NCBI GenBank assembly: GCA_950097015.1
Contig: CATNEN010000001.1
Location: 21,948,001 to 22,012,000 of the forward strand
From: Macrostomum hystrix
Taxonomy: Eukaryota; Animalia; Platyhelminthes
Direction of reading: 5' to 3'
DNA: 64,000 bases
Position numbers and translations under genes: made by a program
The notes under the pieces: generated by a model
What the model was told of the DNA's origin: nothing
Seen by the model: only the letters and a program-made list of their open reading frames with translations
Database searches by the model: none
Shown: piece after piece, positions 48,960-61,743 of the stretch
How the letters are laid out: each line of letters starts with the position of its first letter
Position numbering within the stretch: position 1 is the stretch's first letter

Positions 48960-50810
48960 CCCATTTTCTTCCCTCATTCTCCCACAAGTTTTCCTCCCAT
49001 TCTCCCATATTTTCTCCTCCCATTCTCCCACATTTTCTCCTCTGATTCTCCCACGTTTTCTCCTCCGATTGTCCCACATTTTCTCCTCCCATTGTCCCAC
49101 ATTTTCTCCTCCCATTGTCCCATATTTTCTCCACCCATTGTCCCACAATTTTCTCCTCCCATTGTCCCATATTTTCTCCTCCCATTGTCCCACATTTTCT
49201 CCTCCCATTGTCCTACATTTTCTCCTCCCATTGTCCCACATTTTCTCCCATTGTCCCACATTTTCTCCTCCCATTGTCCTACATTTTCTCCTCCCATTGT
49301 CCCATATTTTCTCCACCCATTGTCCCATATTTTCTCCTCCCATTGTCCCATACTTTCTCCACCCATTCTCCCACATTTTCTCCTCCTATTGTCCCTATTG
49401 TCCCATATTTTCTCCTCCCATTGTCCCATATTTTCTCCTCCCATTGTCCCATACTTTCTCCACCCGTTCTCCCACATTTTCTCCTCCTATTGTCCCTATT
49501 GTCCCATATTTTCTCCTCCCATTGTCCCATATTTTCTCCTCCCATTGTCCCATATTTTCTCCTCCCATTCTCCCATATTTTCTCCACCCATTGTCCCATA
49601 TTTTCTCCTCCCATTCTCCCATATTTTCTCCTCCCATTCTCCCATATTTTCTCCTCCCATTCACTCATATTTTCTCCTCCCATTCTCCCATATTTTCTCC
49701 TCCCATTGTCCCATATTTTCTCCTCCCATTGTCCCATATTTTCTCCTCCCATTGTCCCATATTTTCTCCTCCGATTGTCCCATATTTTCTCCTCCCCTTC
49801 TCCCATATTTTCTCCTCCCATTGTCCCATATTTTCTCCTCCCATTGTCCCATATTTTCTCCTCCCATTGTCCCATATTTTCTCCTCCCATTGTCCCATAT
49901 TTTCTCCTCCCCTTCTCCCATATTTTCTCCTCCGATTGTCCCATATTTTCTCCTCCCCTTCTCCCATATTTTCTCCTCCCATTGTCCCATATTTTCTCCT
50001 CCCATTGTCCCATATTTTCTCCTCCCATTGTCCCATATTTTCTCCTCCCATTGTCCCATATTTTCTCCTCCCATTGTCCCATATTTTCTCCTCCCATTGT
50101 CCCATATTTTCTCCTCCCATTCTCCCACATTTTCTCCTCCCATTGTCCCATATTTTCTCCTCCCATTGTCCCATATTTTCTCCTCCCATTGTCCCATATT
50201 TTCTCCTCCCATTGTCCCATATTTTCTCCTCCCATTGTCCCATATTTTCTCCTCCCATTGTCCCATATTTTCTCCTCCGATTGTCCCATATTTTCTCCTC
50301 CCATTGTCCCATATTTTCTCCTCCCATTGTCCCATATTTTCTCCTCCCATTGTCCCATATTTTCTCCTCCCATTGTCCCATATTTTCTCCTCCCATTGTC
50401 CCATATTTTCTCCTCCCATTGTCCCATATTTTCTCCTCCGATTGTCCCATATTTTCTCCTCCCCTTCTCCCATATTTTCTCCTCCCATTGTCCCATATTT
50501 TCTCCTCCCATTGTCCCATATTTTCTCCTCCCATTGTCCCATATTTTCTCCTCCGATTGTCCCATATTTTCTCCTCCCCTTCTCCCATATTTTCTCCTCC
50601 CATTGTCCCATATTTTCTCCTCCCATTGTCCCATATTTTCTCCTCCCATTGTCCCATATTTTCTCCTCCCATTGTCCCATATTTTCTCCTCCCCTTCTCC
50701 CATATTTTCTCCTCCCATTGTCCCATATTTTCTCCTCCCATTGTCCCATATTTTCTCCTCCCATTGTCCCATATTTCTCCTCCCATTGTCTCATATTTTC
50801 TCCCCCCATT
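48960..50810 (+). repeat. 23-bp pyrimidine-rich minisatellite TCCCATATTTTCTCCTCCCATTG
   Basis: direct inspection. Confidence 0.96.
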
Positions 50811-51249
50811 ATCTCCTCTCTTCTTCACTCCAGAACAGTGTGCCTGCCATTCAGTTTGATGTCATCCTACAGCAATGTAATTTTCCAATCTCACGCACAG
50901 TATCTATCTAGCCAATATCAGTGCTCAAGTTCTATAGGTCCAGAAAGGCAGTTAACGTCAGGAATATTCTCCCTAATATCGACTACGAGATTGAAATATG
51001 GGAGCAAAGAAATTCAGGCCATCTGCCCCGTTCAGTCATCAATCAAAGTCTGCGATGCGGAGTAAACTGAAATATGTAGAAAATGTCACATCGGAGCGTG
51101 CTCGGGAAGCAAGGAGAGGAAGGAGCAAGCAAGCCAAGAGTTCATTATTTATAGTTTGAGTACGCTTGCATATAGAATTCTGCTCAGGAACTAAAACTCA
51201 GCTCTTGGAGAAAAGTCTAGAATTAAGATTCTGAATCTAAATTTACTTA

Positions 51250-52026
51250 TAGTGTCAGGATCTAGATTAGTGTCAGGATATAGAATGACTAGTGTCAGGA
51301 TCTAGAATGACTAGTGTCAGGATCTAGAATGATTAGTGTCAGGAGCTAGAATGACTAGTGTCAGGATCTAGAATGACTAGTGTCAGGATCTAGATTAGTG
51401 TCAGGATCTAGATTAGTGTCAGGATCTAGAATGACTAGTGTCAGGATCTAGAATGATTAGTGTCAGGATCTAGAATGACTAGTGTCAGGATCTAGAATGA
51501 TTAGTGTCAGGAGCTAGAATGATTAGTGTCAGGAGCTAGAATGACTAGTGTCAGGATCTAGAATGACTAGTGTCAGGATCTAGAATGACTAGTGTCAGGA
51601 TCTAGAATGACTAGTGTCAGGATCTAGAATGACTAGTGTCAGGATCTATTGAATGATTAGTGTCAGGATCTAGAATGACTAGTGTCAGGATCTAGAATGA
51701 CTAGTGTCAGGATCTAGAATGACTAGTGTCAGGATCTAGAATGATTAGTGTCAGGAGCTAGAATGATTAGTGTCAGGAGCTAGAATGACTAGTGTCAGGA
51801 TCTATTGAATGATTAGTGTCAGGATCTAGAATGACTAGTGTCAGGATCTAGAATGATTAGTGTCAGGATCTAGAATGACTAGTGTCAGGATCTAGAATGA
51901 CTAGTGTCAGGATCTAGAATGATTAGTGTCAGGATCTAGAATGACTAGTGTCAGGATCTAGAATGATTAGTGTCAGGATCTAGAATGACTAGTGTCAGGA
52001 TCTAGAATGATTAGTGTCAGGATCTA
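51250..52026 (+). repeat. 22-bp minisatellite TAGTGTCAGGATCTAGAATGA(C/T)
   Basis: direct inspection. Confidence 0.95.
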
Positions 52027-53842
52027 GTTTAACGAACGTCAGATTTAAGTTAAAGCGAGTGTTAGAATCAAATCCAAGACATTGCTAATTAATCTAGCCA
52101 CTTTGTTGTCAGAAAGAATTTCCTGGAATTCATTTAGCAGGCCAATTAGTATTTCAACACTTGAATGCAGAGCCCTGAACCAGCGGACCATCTATTGGGC
52201 AAATTTTCCCATCCAAATCTTCTTCTCTCAGCGCCGCAGGGCAGGACGATCATCTTCAGTTTTCTAGCCGCTGAAAACTTTTTTTCTCCTTCGCTTCCGT
52301 CTGCGGAAATTTCTTTAGCCGGTGAAAAGGACAGCCTGGGATTCTTAAGTCCTTAGCAGAGAAAAAGAATGAGAAGAGAAGCAGAGGAGACGAGAGCACA
52401 GCCGCGGCCTCACTAACATGATTATCCACCCAGCAAGGGAACGGTGCTGAAATACAAAAGAAGGCCAGATAGAGGACAGATCTTGAGCTGGTTCTCACAG
52501 CCAGAGCCTCGGAGATGGGAGGATTGGCGCAAAAGTGCATAGCAACTGGCACTGAGTTCCGCAGCTTCCATTCTGGCTCTTAACTGTTTATCCCAGCTGG
52601 GAAAATGGCACCGATCGATTTTAGTGGGATTAGATCAGTCCTGCCTGGTGAAGCACTTTTACTACGATGGATAAATACTGGCGGACTATTGCGGGAATCT
52701 ACTGGGAGAGCTGCAGGGACCAATGCCGCCTTGTATACACTGACTCACTCTAGCTAGCACTGCCCTTCCATCCCCTTATCTCTCCCTTGCCACTATCTCC
52801 TTAACTCTCAAAACTTCTCTGCTATCCATCCCTGTCCTCCCTCTCTGTCCCCTCTCTATCCTTCTCTCTCCTTCTCTCCTCTCTCTCCCTCCTCCCTGTC
52901 TCCTCTCTCTCCCTCCTCCCCCTTCCTCTGTCTCCTCTCTCTCCCTCCTCCCCCCTTCCTCTGTCTCCTCTCTCTCCCCTTCCTCTCTCCCTCCTCCCTC
53001 CTTTCTCCCTCTCCTATTATTTCTAGGCACATTAAAATGTAACAACTTGTTTTCTAAAGTTGTTATCAATGAAAAACTGAAATTTAAGATCGCGTGTTGT
53101 TTATTCTCACGAGCATGAAATCCGACCAGCAGTGCTCAGGCAATCAAAGTCCTTTCTTGGAAAGCAATAGTACGTGAAATTTTCCTCTGCAGACTATTTG
53201 GCCCCGGAGACAGGCTGACAGAGAGAGAGAGAATGAACTTTTTCGGTCGGTAGCCCGGATCGATTTTTCGTTCCCACCCGACCCGTCCCCACTCAGACAT
53301 CTCCCCCCTCTCGTCCGTCCCGTCTCTCAAATTCTCTACCCGGTGGCCGAGCGGTGCCATCGGGACACGGGGAGTCCGCGGACCAATCCCCGGCTCGCAA
53401 CTGGACCTGTGGAAGACGATGGCGAGAGGAGAGCAAATAAGGGAGCATGGGAAGCAGAGAATCGCTGACGTCTAGAAAAGTATTAATGAGATGCAAGAGT
53501 ACCGGAGGGATGTCACACTGTCATATTATATTCCCGCAACAGAGTTGGACAGAGAAACTGGATATCAGCCATCAGGCACAGCTGCAATATGATGAGTCGA
53601 CTTCTCATCGCTATCGAAACTTCTGCCACAGGCTCCACTGCCAAGCAAGGAGCTTCGCGCACAAGTCCAAACATTGCGCTGAAAATTGATAGGCACTAAA
53701 ATAAATTAACTTGATATTTAGCCATATGTTTAATTAGCTCTAAATTAATTGTACAGTCAGAGTGGCAGCCAGGTACAGCTCTTGGAGGCCGCAGCCGCCG
53801 CCGCCCCTGCCTCCGCCGTGGCGGCTGAATGTTTGCGAGGAA

Positions 53843-53893
53843 ATGCTGGACATCAGCCTCTGCCTGCACAGCCTGCTCATCTCGTTTGAGACT
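53843..53893 (+). CDS. Candidate short alternative first coding exon (Dp116-like position)
   Basis: GC-rich island 53757-53893; in-frame TAA at 53741, then ATG MLDISLCLHSLLISFET and ACT|gtaggt phase-0 donor compatible with exon 56510. Confidence 0.3.
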
Positions 53894-53963
53894 GTAGGTT
53901 TGAGAACACTGAGTGGGCTTGTGCGAACGTAATTTATTGGTTAATAACCTTTCCGATCACTGT

Positions 53964-55415
53964 CTCCGCTCTCTACCTTCGCTCTCTACCTCCGCTTTCT
54001 TCCTCCGCTCTCTACCTACGCTTTCTTCCTCCGCTCTCTACCTCGAGCATGAAAAATAAGGAATAACTTTTTCAGTGGACTTCATCCGTTCTCTTCCTCC
54101 GCTCTCTACCTCCTCTCTCTACCTCCGCTCTCTACATCCATTCTCTTCCTCCGCTCTCTACCTCCGCTCTCTACCTCCGCTCTCTACCTCCGCTCTCTAC
54201 CTCCGCTCTCTACCTCCGCTCTCTACCTCCGCTCTCTACCTTCGCTCTCTTCGTCCGCTCTTTACCTCCGCTCTCTACCTCCGCTCTCTACCTCCACCCG
54301 CTCTCTTCCTCCGCTCTCTTCCTCCGCTCTCAACTTCCGCTCTCTACCTCCGCTCTCTACCTCCGCTCTCTACCTCCGCTCTCTACCTCCGCTCTCTACT
54401 TCCGCTCACAACTTACGCTCTCTTCCTCCACTCTCTTCCTCCACTCTCTTCCTCCACTCTCTTCCTCCACTCTCTTCCTCCACTCTCTTCCTCCACTCTC
54501 TACCTCCACTCTCTTCCTCCGCTCTCTACCTCCACTCTCTTCCTCCACTCTCTACCTCAGATCTTTTCTTTCGAAATCCTTATTTGTTTCTTCTTATCTC
54601 ATTCGATCCCAATCAAGACTTTTGTTAGCACTCCTTCTTCTCTCCCGTCTCCCCTGTCCCTTCGATTTTCCCAATCTCTCAATCCCAATCCGTCTTACTA
54701 GGCTTCGCTACTTCATTTCCGCATCCTAAGCAAGTCACTCACATTCCTCATTTTCTCCTATTTCCCCCAAAACAGTTTCCTTGATATACTTTATTCCAAT
54801 TGCCTCGGCCTCAGTCACAGACTCGTTAAGGACACACAGCAGAAGCAATATTTTCCAAGAGCCCGAGCATGAAAAATAAGGAATAACTTTTTCAGTGGAC
54901 TTTATACGCATTTCCAATGGATTGTGATTAAGCCATTCAGCTTTTATTCCCTCAGCACTGAAGCATCCGCCTGTGCACTTTTTCCTACCCCACCTCTCTC
55001 CTTTCCTTCCCATCTAGTTTTTTACTCGACCTCCTCTCTCTTCCTCCGCTCTCGAACTCCCCTCTCTACCTCCTCTCTCTTCCTCCGCTCTCGACCTCCG
55101 CTCTCTAACTCCGCTCTCGACCTCAGCTCTCTAACTCCGCTCTCGACCTCCGCTCTCTACCTCCGCTCTCTACCTCCGCTCTCGACCTCCGCTCTCTAAC
55201 TCCGCTCTCTACCTCCGCTCTCGACCTCCGCTCTCTAACTCCGCTCTCTACCTCCGCTCTCTACCTCCGCTCTCTACATCCGCTCTTTACCTCCGCTCTC
55301 TACATCCGCTCTCTACATCCGCTCTCTACCTCCGCTCTCTAACTCCGCTCTCTACCTCCACTCTCAACTTCGCTCTTTACCACCGCTCTCTACCACCGCT
55401 CTCTACTTCCGCTCG
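53964..55415 (+). repeat. 13-bp minisatellite CTCCGCTCTCTAC in two blocks (53964-54560, 55025-55415)
   Basis: direct inspection. Confidence 0.9.
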
Positions 55416-55869
55416 CTACCTCTGCTCTCTAAGTGGGTTTTTTAAAATTCTGAATGAGAAAGCCAAAACACTTGCGCCAATGTCATAGCCAGCTACCACT
55501 GGCTTGCATTTGGTTCGCAGTACACCCGCCCTCAACAGTGGAGGGACCAGCTGTTTGTGCGTGACCTGGTTCGAACCCGAATTACAATTTTCCCTTCTGT
55601 CGGCCTCTCCCTTAGCCATCAGATTCGCATCGCATTGGGCGTGTGCAAATGGCATCCAGTGCTGAATGGTACTTTTGGGGTTTCTGCCTGCTTTCTGGTT
55701 TGGCTGAATCTTCCATTTTATTCTCGATACTCGTCTACAGGGTGGCCATTCATTTTCCCCTTTTTATAAAGAAGAAATAGTAAAATCAGAAACAATAATG
55801 TGATTGAGTAAGATTATTTGGTGATATTATCATTATGGCAACACTAAAGTACATAATTAGCACTCACTA

Positions 55870-56018
55870 GCGGACTCACGACTTAAAGGTCGGGGGTTCG
55901 ATTCCCGAGCCCCATTCAGAATTCAGCATGGGGTAATTAAGGGTGCGCGTGACGTCCCACACCAGTCCATGGACTGAACAGCAATAGCCGCGGCTGTGCT
56001 GTTGGCTGCACACTTGAC
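55870..56018 (+). mobile_element. SINE family B, internally deleted
   Basis: CGGACTCACGACTTAAAGGTCGGGGGTTCGATTCCCGA...CAGTCCATGGACTG...GCGGCTGTGCTGTTGGCTGCAC. Confidence 0.8.
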
Positions 56019-56182
56019 TTGAAGACTCGTAGGGCAAGTGCTCGTAAAATTGACCAATCACAACAAAGAAGTAAGTTGTGGTCATAGAACAATTTGATCC
56101 TGAAAACTACAGCTTCACGGTTATACGCTCGTAACTTAGTAAAGTTGGTTATAACTCATCATTTGGTGACGGATGGTTGAAT

Positions 56183-56404
56183 CCCATTACGCTCACTCCT
56201 GAGCACACACGCATACAGATACTGTACACACACTCACACAGGTGTGTACATCTGCCATGACTTTCGCATCATTAGTGTACACTCTCACTGTGCCTTGGAG
56301 GTTGGTGTAAATTGCGCGACAAGGCCCCAAGCCTTCTCACCGGGGCTGCACCCCACAAAAAAGTTGCCTCGCCGTGGAATCGAACTCAGGGAGCTCAGGG
56401 ACCG
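56183..56404 (-). mobile_element. Degenerate SINE family A
   Basis: ACTCCTGAGCACAC...GTGTACATCTGCC...CCTCGCCGTGGAATCGAACTCAGGG landmarks. Confidence 0.75.
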
Positions 56405-56509
56405 TTAGAATTCCCTCGTAATGGTCAGAACTCACTGCAGCCTGGCATTGCTGGGTGAAGCCAATAAAGAGTCACATCGACAGCAATCAAACGAACCCCG
56501 ACACCGCAG

Positions 56510-57127
56510 GACCTGGACGCCGAGAGCCTGCTGCATGCTGCTGAAATCGAGATCCTGTCGCATCGCTGCGCCAGTCAGGCAGCCGATCTCAGCCAGGCCA
56601 GCCAGGAGCGGATTCGGGCACGGCTGGATAATGTCAACCAGCGCTGGCGACGGCTGGGCGAGCAGGCCGCCGAGCTGCGTCACCAAGTACGTCGTCAGGA
56701 GGACACAGCGTGGCAGGGCATGCTGGCGCGCCTTAAGAGCCTCAACGACTGGCTGGCGGCTAGTGACGCAGGACTGCGGCAGCGTCAACTGCTCCTTGGC
56801 GGAGACAGCGCCTCGCTCCGCCAGCAGATCAGCGAGCACGAGGCTCTGGTTGGCGAGCTGCAGTCTCGCCGAGTCGAGGTCGAGCAGGCCCTGGAGCAGG
56901 GCGAGAGCTACTTTGGCCACGCCGATCAGCAGCGGCCGGCCAGCGCCATGAGTCAAAGCGGCCACGAGTCCGGTGCCGACTCCGAGGACGCCGGCGGCGA
57001 TGCGGATGATCCGCAGCAGCACAACCGGCGCCTGACCAGGCGCATCAGGCGGAACCTGCACCAGCTGAAGCGGCGCTGGTTGGAGCTGAATTTGAGAGTT
57101 CGCGAGTATCAGGAGAAATTGCAGCAG
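56510..57127 (+). CDS. Dys: Dystrophin-like exon 12 (homologous to human repeats ~22-23)
   Basis: ccgcag|GAC; DLDAE...ARLDNVNQRW...LNDWL...LGGDSASLRQQISEHEAL aligns with human DLQGE...RRLDNMNFKW...IGGDFPAVQKQNDVHRAF; CAG|gttcgt donor. Confidence 0.92.
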
Positions 57128-57254
57128 GTTCGTTTCTAGATTTTTAGAATCAAAATTCAACCAATTACTGCTGCTTGGTAGCCTAAAAAGGTTAATTTAG
57201 TTTGGCTATCTTTTGTAACGAGAATCATAGTTCGTGCATTTCTCCGTCACTCAG

Positions 57255-58514
57255 GTCACCCGCAGTCTCGCCGCTTTCGAGGAGCTGCTTCGGCAGACCA
57301 GTCACCGCTTGTTGGCCGCCGAAAGCGAGCTCCAAGCCTGGCCGCAGCTGGACAGCGTCAGTGTCGCCCAGCTGTCTGGCGAGTTGTCGCGTCTCGAACA
57401 GTTCCAAGAGTCGCTGGCACCGCTCGACCAGCTCGTAGCCTCGTTGGAGCGCCAATCGCAGACCTTCCGCGACTCCAAGGTGGTGCTGACGCACACTCTG
57501 GTGTCCCAGATTGGCGACTTGCGCGGTCGGCACCGCGAACTGCACGAGGCGATGCGTAGCCGGGCGCGCCTTCTCGCCTCGCTGCGTCGGCCCGGCGGTG
57601 GGATGTCCGTCTCTTTCACTGCCGGCTCGACAACGCCAGCTGCTGGAGCTAGTCTACAGCCACAGAAGTCCCCGGCACGAGGTGTACCTCCAATGTCGCC
57701 AATCATGCAGCAGCAGCATCAGCCGCATCAGCATCAGCATCAGCATCAGCACCAGCACCAGTGTCAAAGCGTTCCTCAGCTACCAAGTCCGCTTCCAGGT
57801 CCGAGCTTCGCGCATCCAGCAGTAGCCAATAGTGTGCAGTCGCCGTGGCAGCGAATGCTGCACCCCAGCGGCAACCAGGTGCCGTACTATCGCAACGCCG
57901 ACACGCACGAGACCAGCTGGGATCATCCGGTGATGTCGGAGCTGATGCGTAGCCTAGCCGAGCTCAACAGCATCCGCTACTCGGCCTATAGAACGGCGGC
58001 CAAGTTAAAGAGGCTGCAGCGCACACTGTACTTGGATTTGGTTTCGCTCACATCGGCTGCCGATGTTTTCCGGGATCACGGCATCGCATCAGTGGCCACC
58101 GGCGGCGGCATCGGCAGCCTTAGCAGCGCAGACCGACTAATCGACGTCGGCCAGATGACAAACTGTTTGGCCAGTTTGTTTGCGAGGTCGCGAGCTCGCA
58201 TCGCGGATGCCTCACTGCAGGCGCAGACAATCGACCTGAACCTCAACTGGCTGCTCAACGTCTATGATCACGTGCGCAGCGGTCGAATGCGAGCGCTGAG
58301 CTTCAAGGTGGGCCTCGTCCTACTGTCTGCAGCCGGTCTGGAAGACAAATACCGCTACCTCTTCGCGTCCGTGGCCGATGAGCGAGGCATTCTCGATCAG
58401 CGCCGCCTTGGCCTGCTGCTCCACGACTGCATGCAGGTGCCGCGACACCTGGGCGAGGCGGCTAGCTTTGGAGGCAGCAACATCGAGCCGTCTGTGCGCT
58501 CCTGCTTCGATAAG
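57255..58514 (+). CDS. Dys: Dystrophin-like exon 13: last spectrin repeat, hinge, WW domain, EF-hand region
   Basis: SVQSPWQR..VPYY..TSWDHP, SAYRTAAKL, LNWLLNVYD, LEDKYRYLF, LGLLLHD, FGGSNIEPSVRSCF are diagnostic dystrophin motifs; actcag| acceptor and AAG|gtgcgt donor. Confidence 0.97.
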
Positions 58515-60063
58515 GTGCGTTATTAACGTACATCAGTTATACACGCACACAAATTGAATATCGTTTCGCATCACTCAAATACGCGAATTTTTCTAGACCT
58601 TTTTGGCGTTTTCTTGTGCGCTGTTGTTTCGAGTGTGTTAGAAGTACAATTGTAGATCTTATTACCGCATTTTCACATGGCACAAATTATTTTACTTGTT
58701 GCGCTTTGCGAAGGGTGGAAAAAATATGCATTTTCGAGCGTGGCTGTGTATAAAAAAGTGAATAATTATTATTCCTCGGAGAAATTCTATTCGTTGCAAT
58801 TTTTCCTACAAGCCTTCATAGCTACACACTATTTATTTGCATTATGAGAAATGCAATGTGTTGCTGCCCCAGGCAAATAATCCCATGTCCCATTTTGCTA
58901 CTGACTGCCTCGCTCGCTCCCGAAATGATGTTTTAGATTAGTTGTATTGGAACAGATTAGGGCTGAGCGAATGCACGGGGCGAATTCCTATTCGCGTTTT
59001 TCCCACCACAGAAACTGACTAAACCTTTTCTTTAGTCTCCATTAAGTGCGCAGATCCTTGCAATGCTGCAGCGCAAGGCCTACGCGTGGACCAGACTGTG
59101 TAAACACAGATCACTGGACCTAGCTTTCAAAAATGAAGTTAATCTAATAGTGATTCAGTGAATCACGTTGGAGAGATTAACCTCCAAAGAACAGAAACTA
59201 CACAATGATCTTAGCCTTGTGGGCCGAGAAGCGATGAGAATAAAATTTGAGCAACTCCATCCACCAATATTGAGCTCGTTGTCCCGTCGAAAAGAACCAG
59301 ATTTTCGTGTCGTGATACTACATGCTGAAAAAAAACATTTTAATTGGTTTATTTCGCCTAAAATCAACTCAATTCAGTCTTCCAGAAAGAGATAGTATCA
59401 TATCATATCAAAAAAGCAAAATTCTTGAAAAAATAATTTTTTATATACTTTTTTGCTAATAATATGTTGCATAATAGTCTAGATACCATTTAACCAGTTT
59501 CTTTCTTCTACTGACTTACAAGTAGTATGATTTGCTTATGTAATACACGGTGTTAAGATTATATTGTTTTTATGCTGGTGCCAAGTTAGAGCAGCCTCTG
59601 CTACGCTTGCGCGAGGTCCCCGATCGATGGGAAAATACGAGTACATTGTAGCTGGATGATTAACAGACAGTAAAAAAATGATTTTTTCGAATTTTTGTTC
59701 TCTATTTTGCACACTGTTTTCTAAAAATAGGCAGGAAGCATAGCTAAACCTGGCCTGTCTAGAAAGTGTTCACGTCTGCCTCGCGACTTAGAAAAGCAGC
59801 TTGAATTGGAGAAGCAAAACAGCAGAGAACTTGTAAGTAGTTCTCAGCTTACAGCTTAACGCACTCTGACTGTGAGCATGTTGGAAGAGTTGGTCTTGTA
59901 TTACTGCTGAATTTACTTAAGCATATGGCTGGGCTGGCTGCATTTTTTTCTTTCTCTACATGTGCGATAATCATTGACCAAGAGTTTGATCACTAATCGG
60001 AGTTCACAGACTTAGAGTACTATATAACATTTAAAAACAGCTAGGAAGGTTTCATGGAGCGAA

Positions 60064-60145
60064 GTCGCGATGGCCGAGTGGTTAAGGCGTTGGACTTGAA
60101 ATCCAATGGGATTTTCCCTCGCAGGTTCGAATCCTGCTCGCGACG
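60064..60145 (+). tRNA. tRNA-Ser (anticodon UGA), intronic
   Basis: Perfect acceptor stem GTCGCGA/TCGCGAC, discriminator G, A box TGGCCGAGTGG, anticodon arm TTGGA-CTTGAAA-TCCAA, long variable arm, GGTTCGAATCC, T6 terminator at 60151. Confidence 0.95.
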
Positions 60146-60719
60146 AATAATTTTTTGTCAATTTATTTGTCCAATACAATTTTAAAGGCCACACTCGTGT
60201 ATCAATTTTTGCTGGTTTCATGCATTCTCCAATTATAGTTTTGTTTTTACTTTATCAGCTATTCACTTCTTAATTAGATCAGCATGAAATATTGTATTTT
60301 CTCATTATTAAAAGTAATGTTCTATTGACATGCTGATCTGAATTTGTCCTCATACAAAATGCAGAATTTTGAGGCAGAATCAACGACAGTTATTTGCAGT
60401 GCATAATTGCATGGAAAATTAAAGTTGAATTGTCAAAAAGGATTTTGTATATGAAAAAAAGTTTTTTCTACACATATCGGTAAAATAAAAAATGCGCTTT
60501 ACTAACTTCTGCTGATAGTTTTAAAGATATTTCTGCTCGCATTCAAAACAATATTTCTTTGATATTAAAGCGTGTTGCCTCAAGTCAAAGTATTAAGAAT
60601 TGATTTCTATAATTTGAGTTTTAATTGCTCCACAAGCGATATTTTCGTTTGTTGTTTTTTAGTGGATTTTACACTACTTACAGTAACAACACAAACAAGT
60701 AAACTTTACAATTCTGTAG

Positions 60720-61318
60720 GTTGAAGGAGCTGGAATTCGAATGTCGCATTTTCTGGCCTGGTTGCGTCTGGAGCCACAATCTTTAGTCTGGCTGCCAGTG
60801 CTGCACCGACTCACCTGCTCCGAGCAATCTGTGCACCCCGTCCGCTGCTCAAGCTGCAAGTCGATGCCAATGCGAGGCCTGCGTTACAAGTGTTTAAAAT
60901 GTTTCAACTTGAACCTGTGCCAGGAGTGCTTCTTCGCAGGCCGGACTGCCAGGCATCACAAGGCCAGCCACCCAATGCAGGAGTACGTGAGGGCACCTGG
61001 CAGCGGTGACAGCCTGCGCAGTCTTAGTCGCACTCTACGAAACAAGCTGCGTATCGGTGGCGGCGGCAGCAGCAGCGGCGCCGCCTCAGGCGCTGCGGGC
61101 CCGGGTTCGAGTCCCGCCAAGCTGGGCTACCTGCCTGTGCAGACTGTACGCGAGGGCCAAGCCATCGAATCTCCGTCTAGATCGCCAGCGCACACTGCAG
61201 GGCGAGATGTGCACAGTCGGGTTGAAGCCTACGCTACCAGACTGGCTGAGGTTGAGCAGCAGCAGCAGCAACCGCAGAGAAGGCCTCCGCCGCCACCGCC
61301 TTCGGCGTGTAACGATGC
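60720..61318 (+). CDS. Dys: Dystrophin-like exon 14: ZZ zinc finger, first syntrophin-binding motif
   Basis: WLRLEPQSLVWLPVLHR, CSSC..RYKCLKCF..CQECFF..HPMQEY, LGYLPVQTV, HSRVEAYATRLAEVE; ttctgtag| acceptor and GC|gtaagt donor (phase 0/2). Confidence 0.97.
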
Positions 61319-61743
61319 GTAAGTTAAGTATCCTGTTTAATGGTCTCTAAACTACACGCATTAGCACTAAGCCTATATGTATCGAAAAAAACATTTCTTG
61401 ATAAATTCAAAACGACGATATTTCTGTGTAGTCCAATGCGCTGAGGTCTTCTTAACTTATTCATATTTTAAGTTGGCCAATGGCTGATCGGCTGAAAAGT
61501 ATCTGTAAGAGAGAACGGAAGCGAGAGGCGAAAAGAGAGAACAGAATCCAGAAGCACCAGAAGCTCCAGAAACTTTTTTAACCCAATGGAGTCATTGTGC
61601 ACATGCAATGTGAAACAGTTTGATTGCGCATCGTGTACCTGTCAAATTAACTTTTGTACCTGTGAAGTCGGTTGCACCTGTTATCAGCGGCCTTTAGAAG
61701 GAGCTAGCTCATTCTACTGCTCAGGCTGTAATTTCATTCTCAG

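Noticed and set aside
56432-57160. 242-aa minus-strand ORF
   Set aside because: Antisense shadow of the GC-rich dystrophin exon
60064-60145. Selenocysteine or opal suppressor tRNA
   Set aside because: The anticodon is UGA (reads UCA, Ser), not UCA, and the acceptor stem is a standard 7 bp
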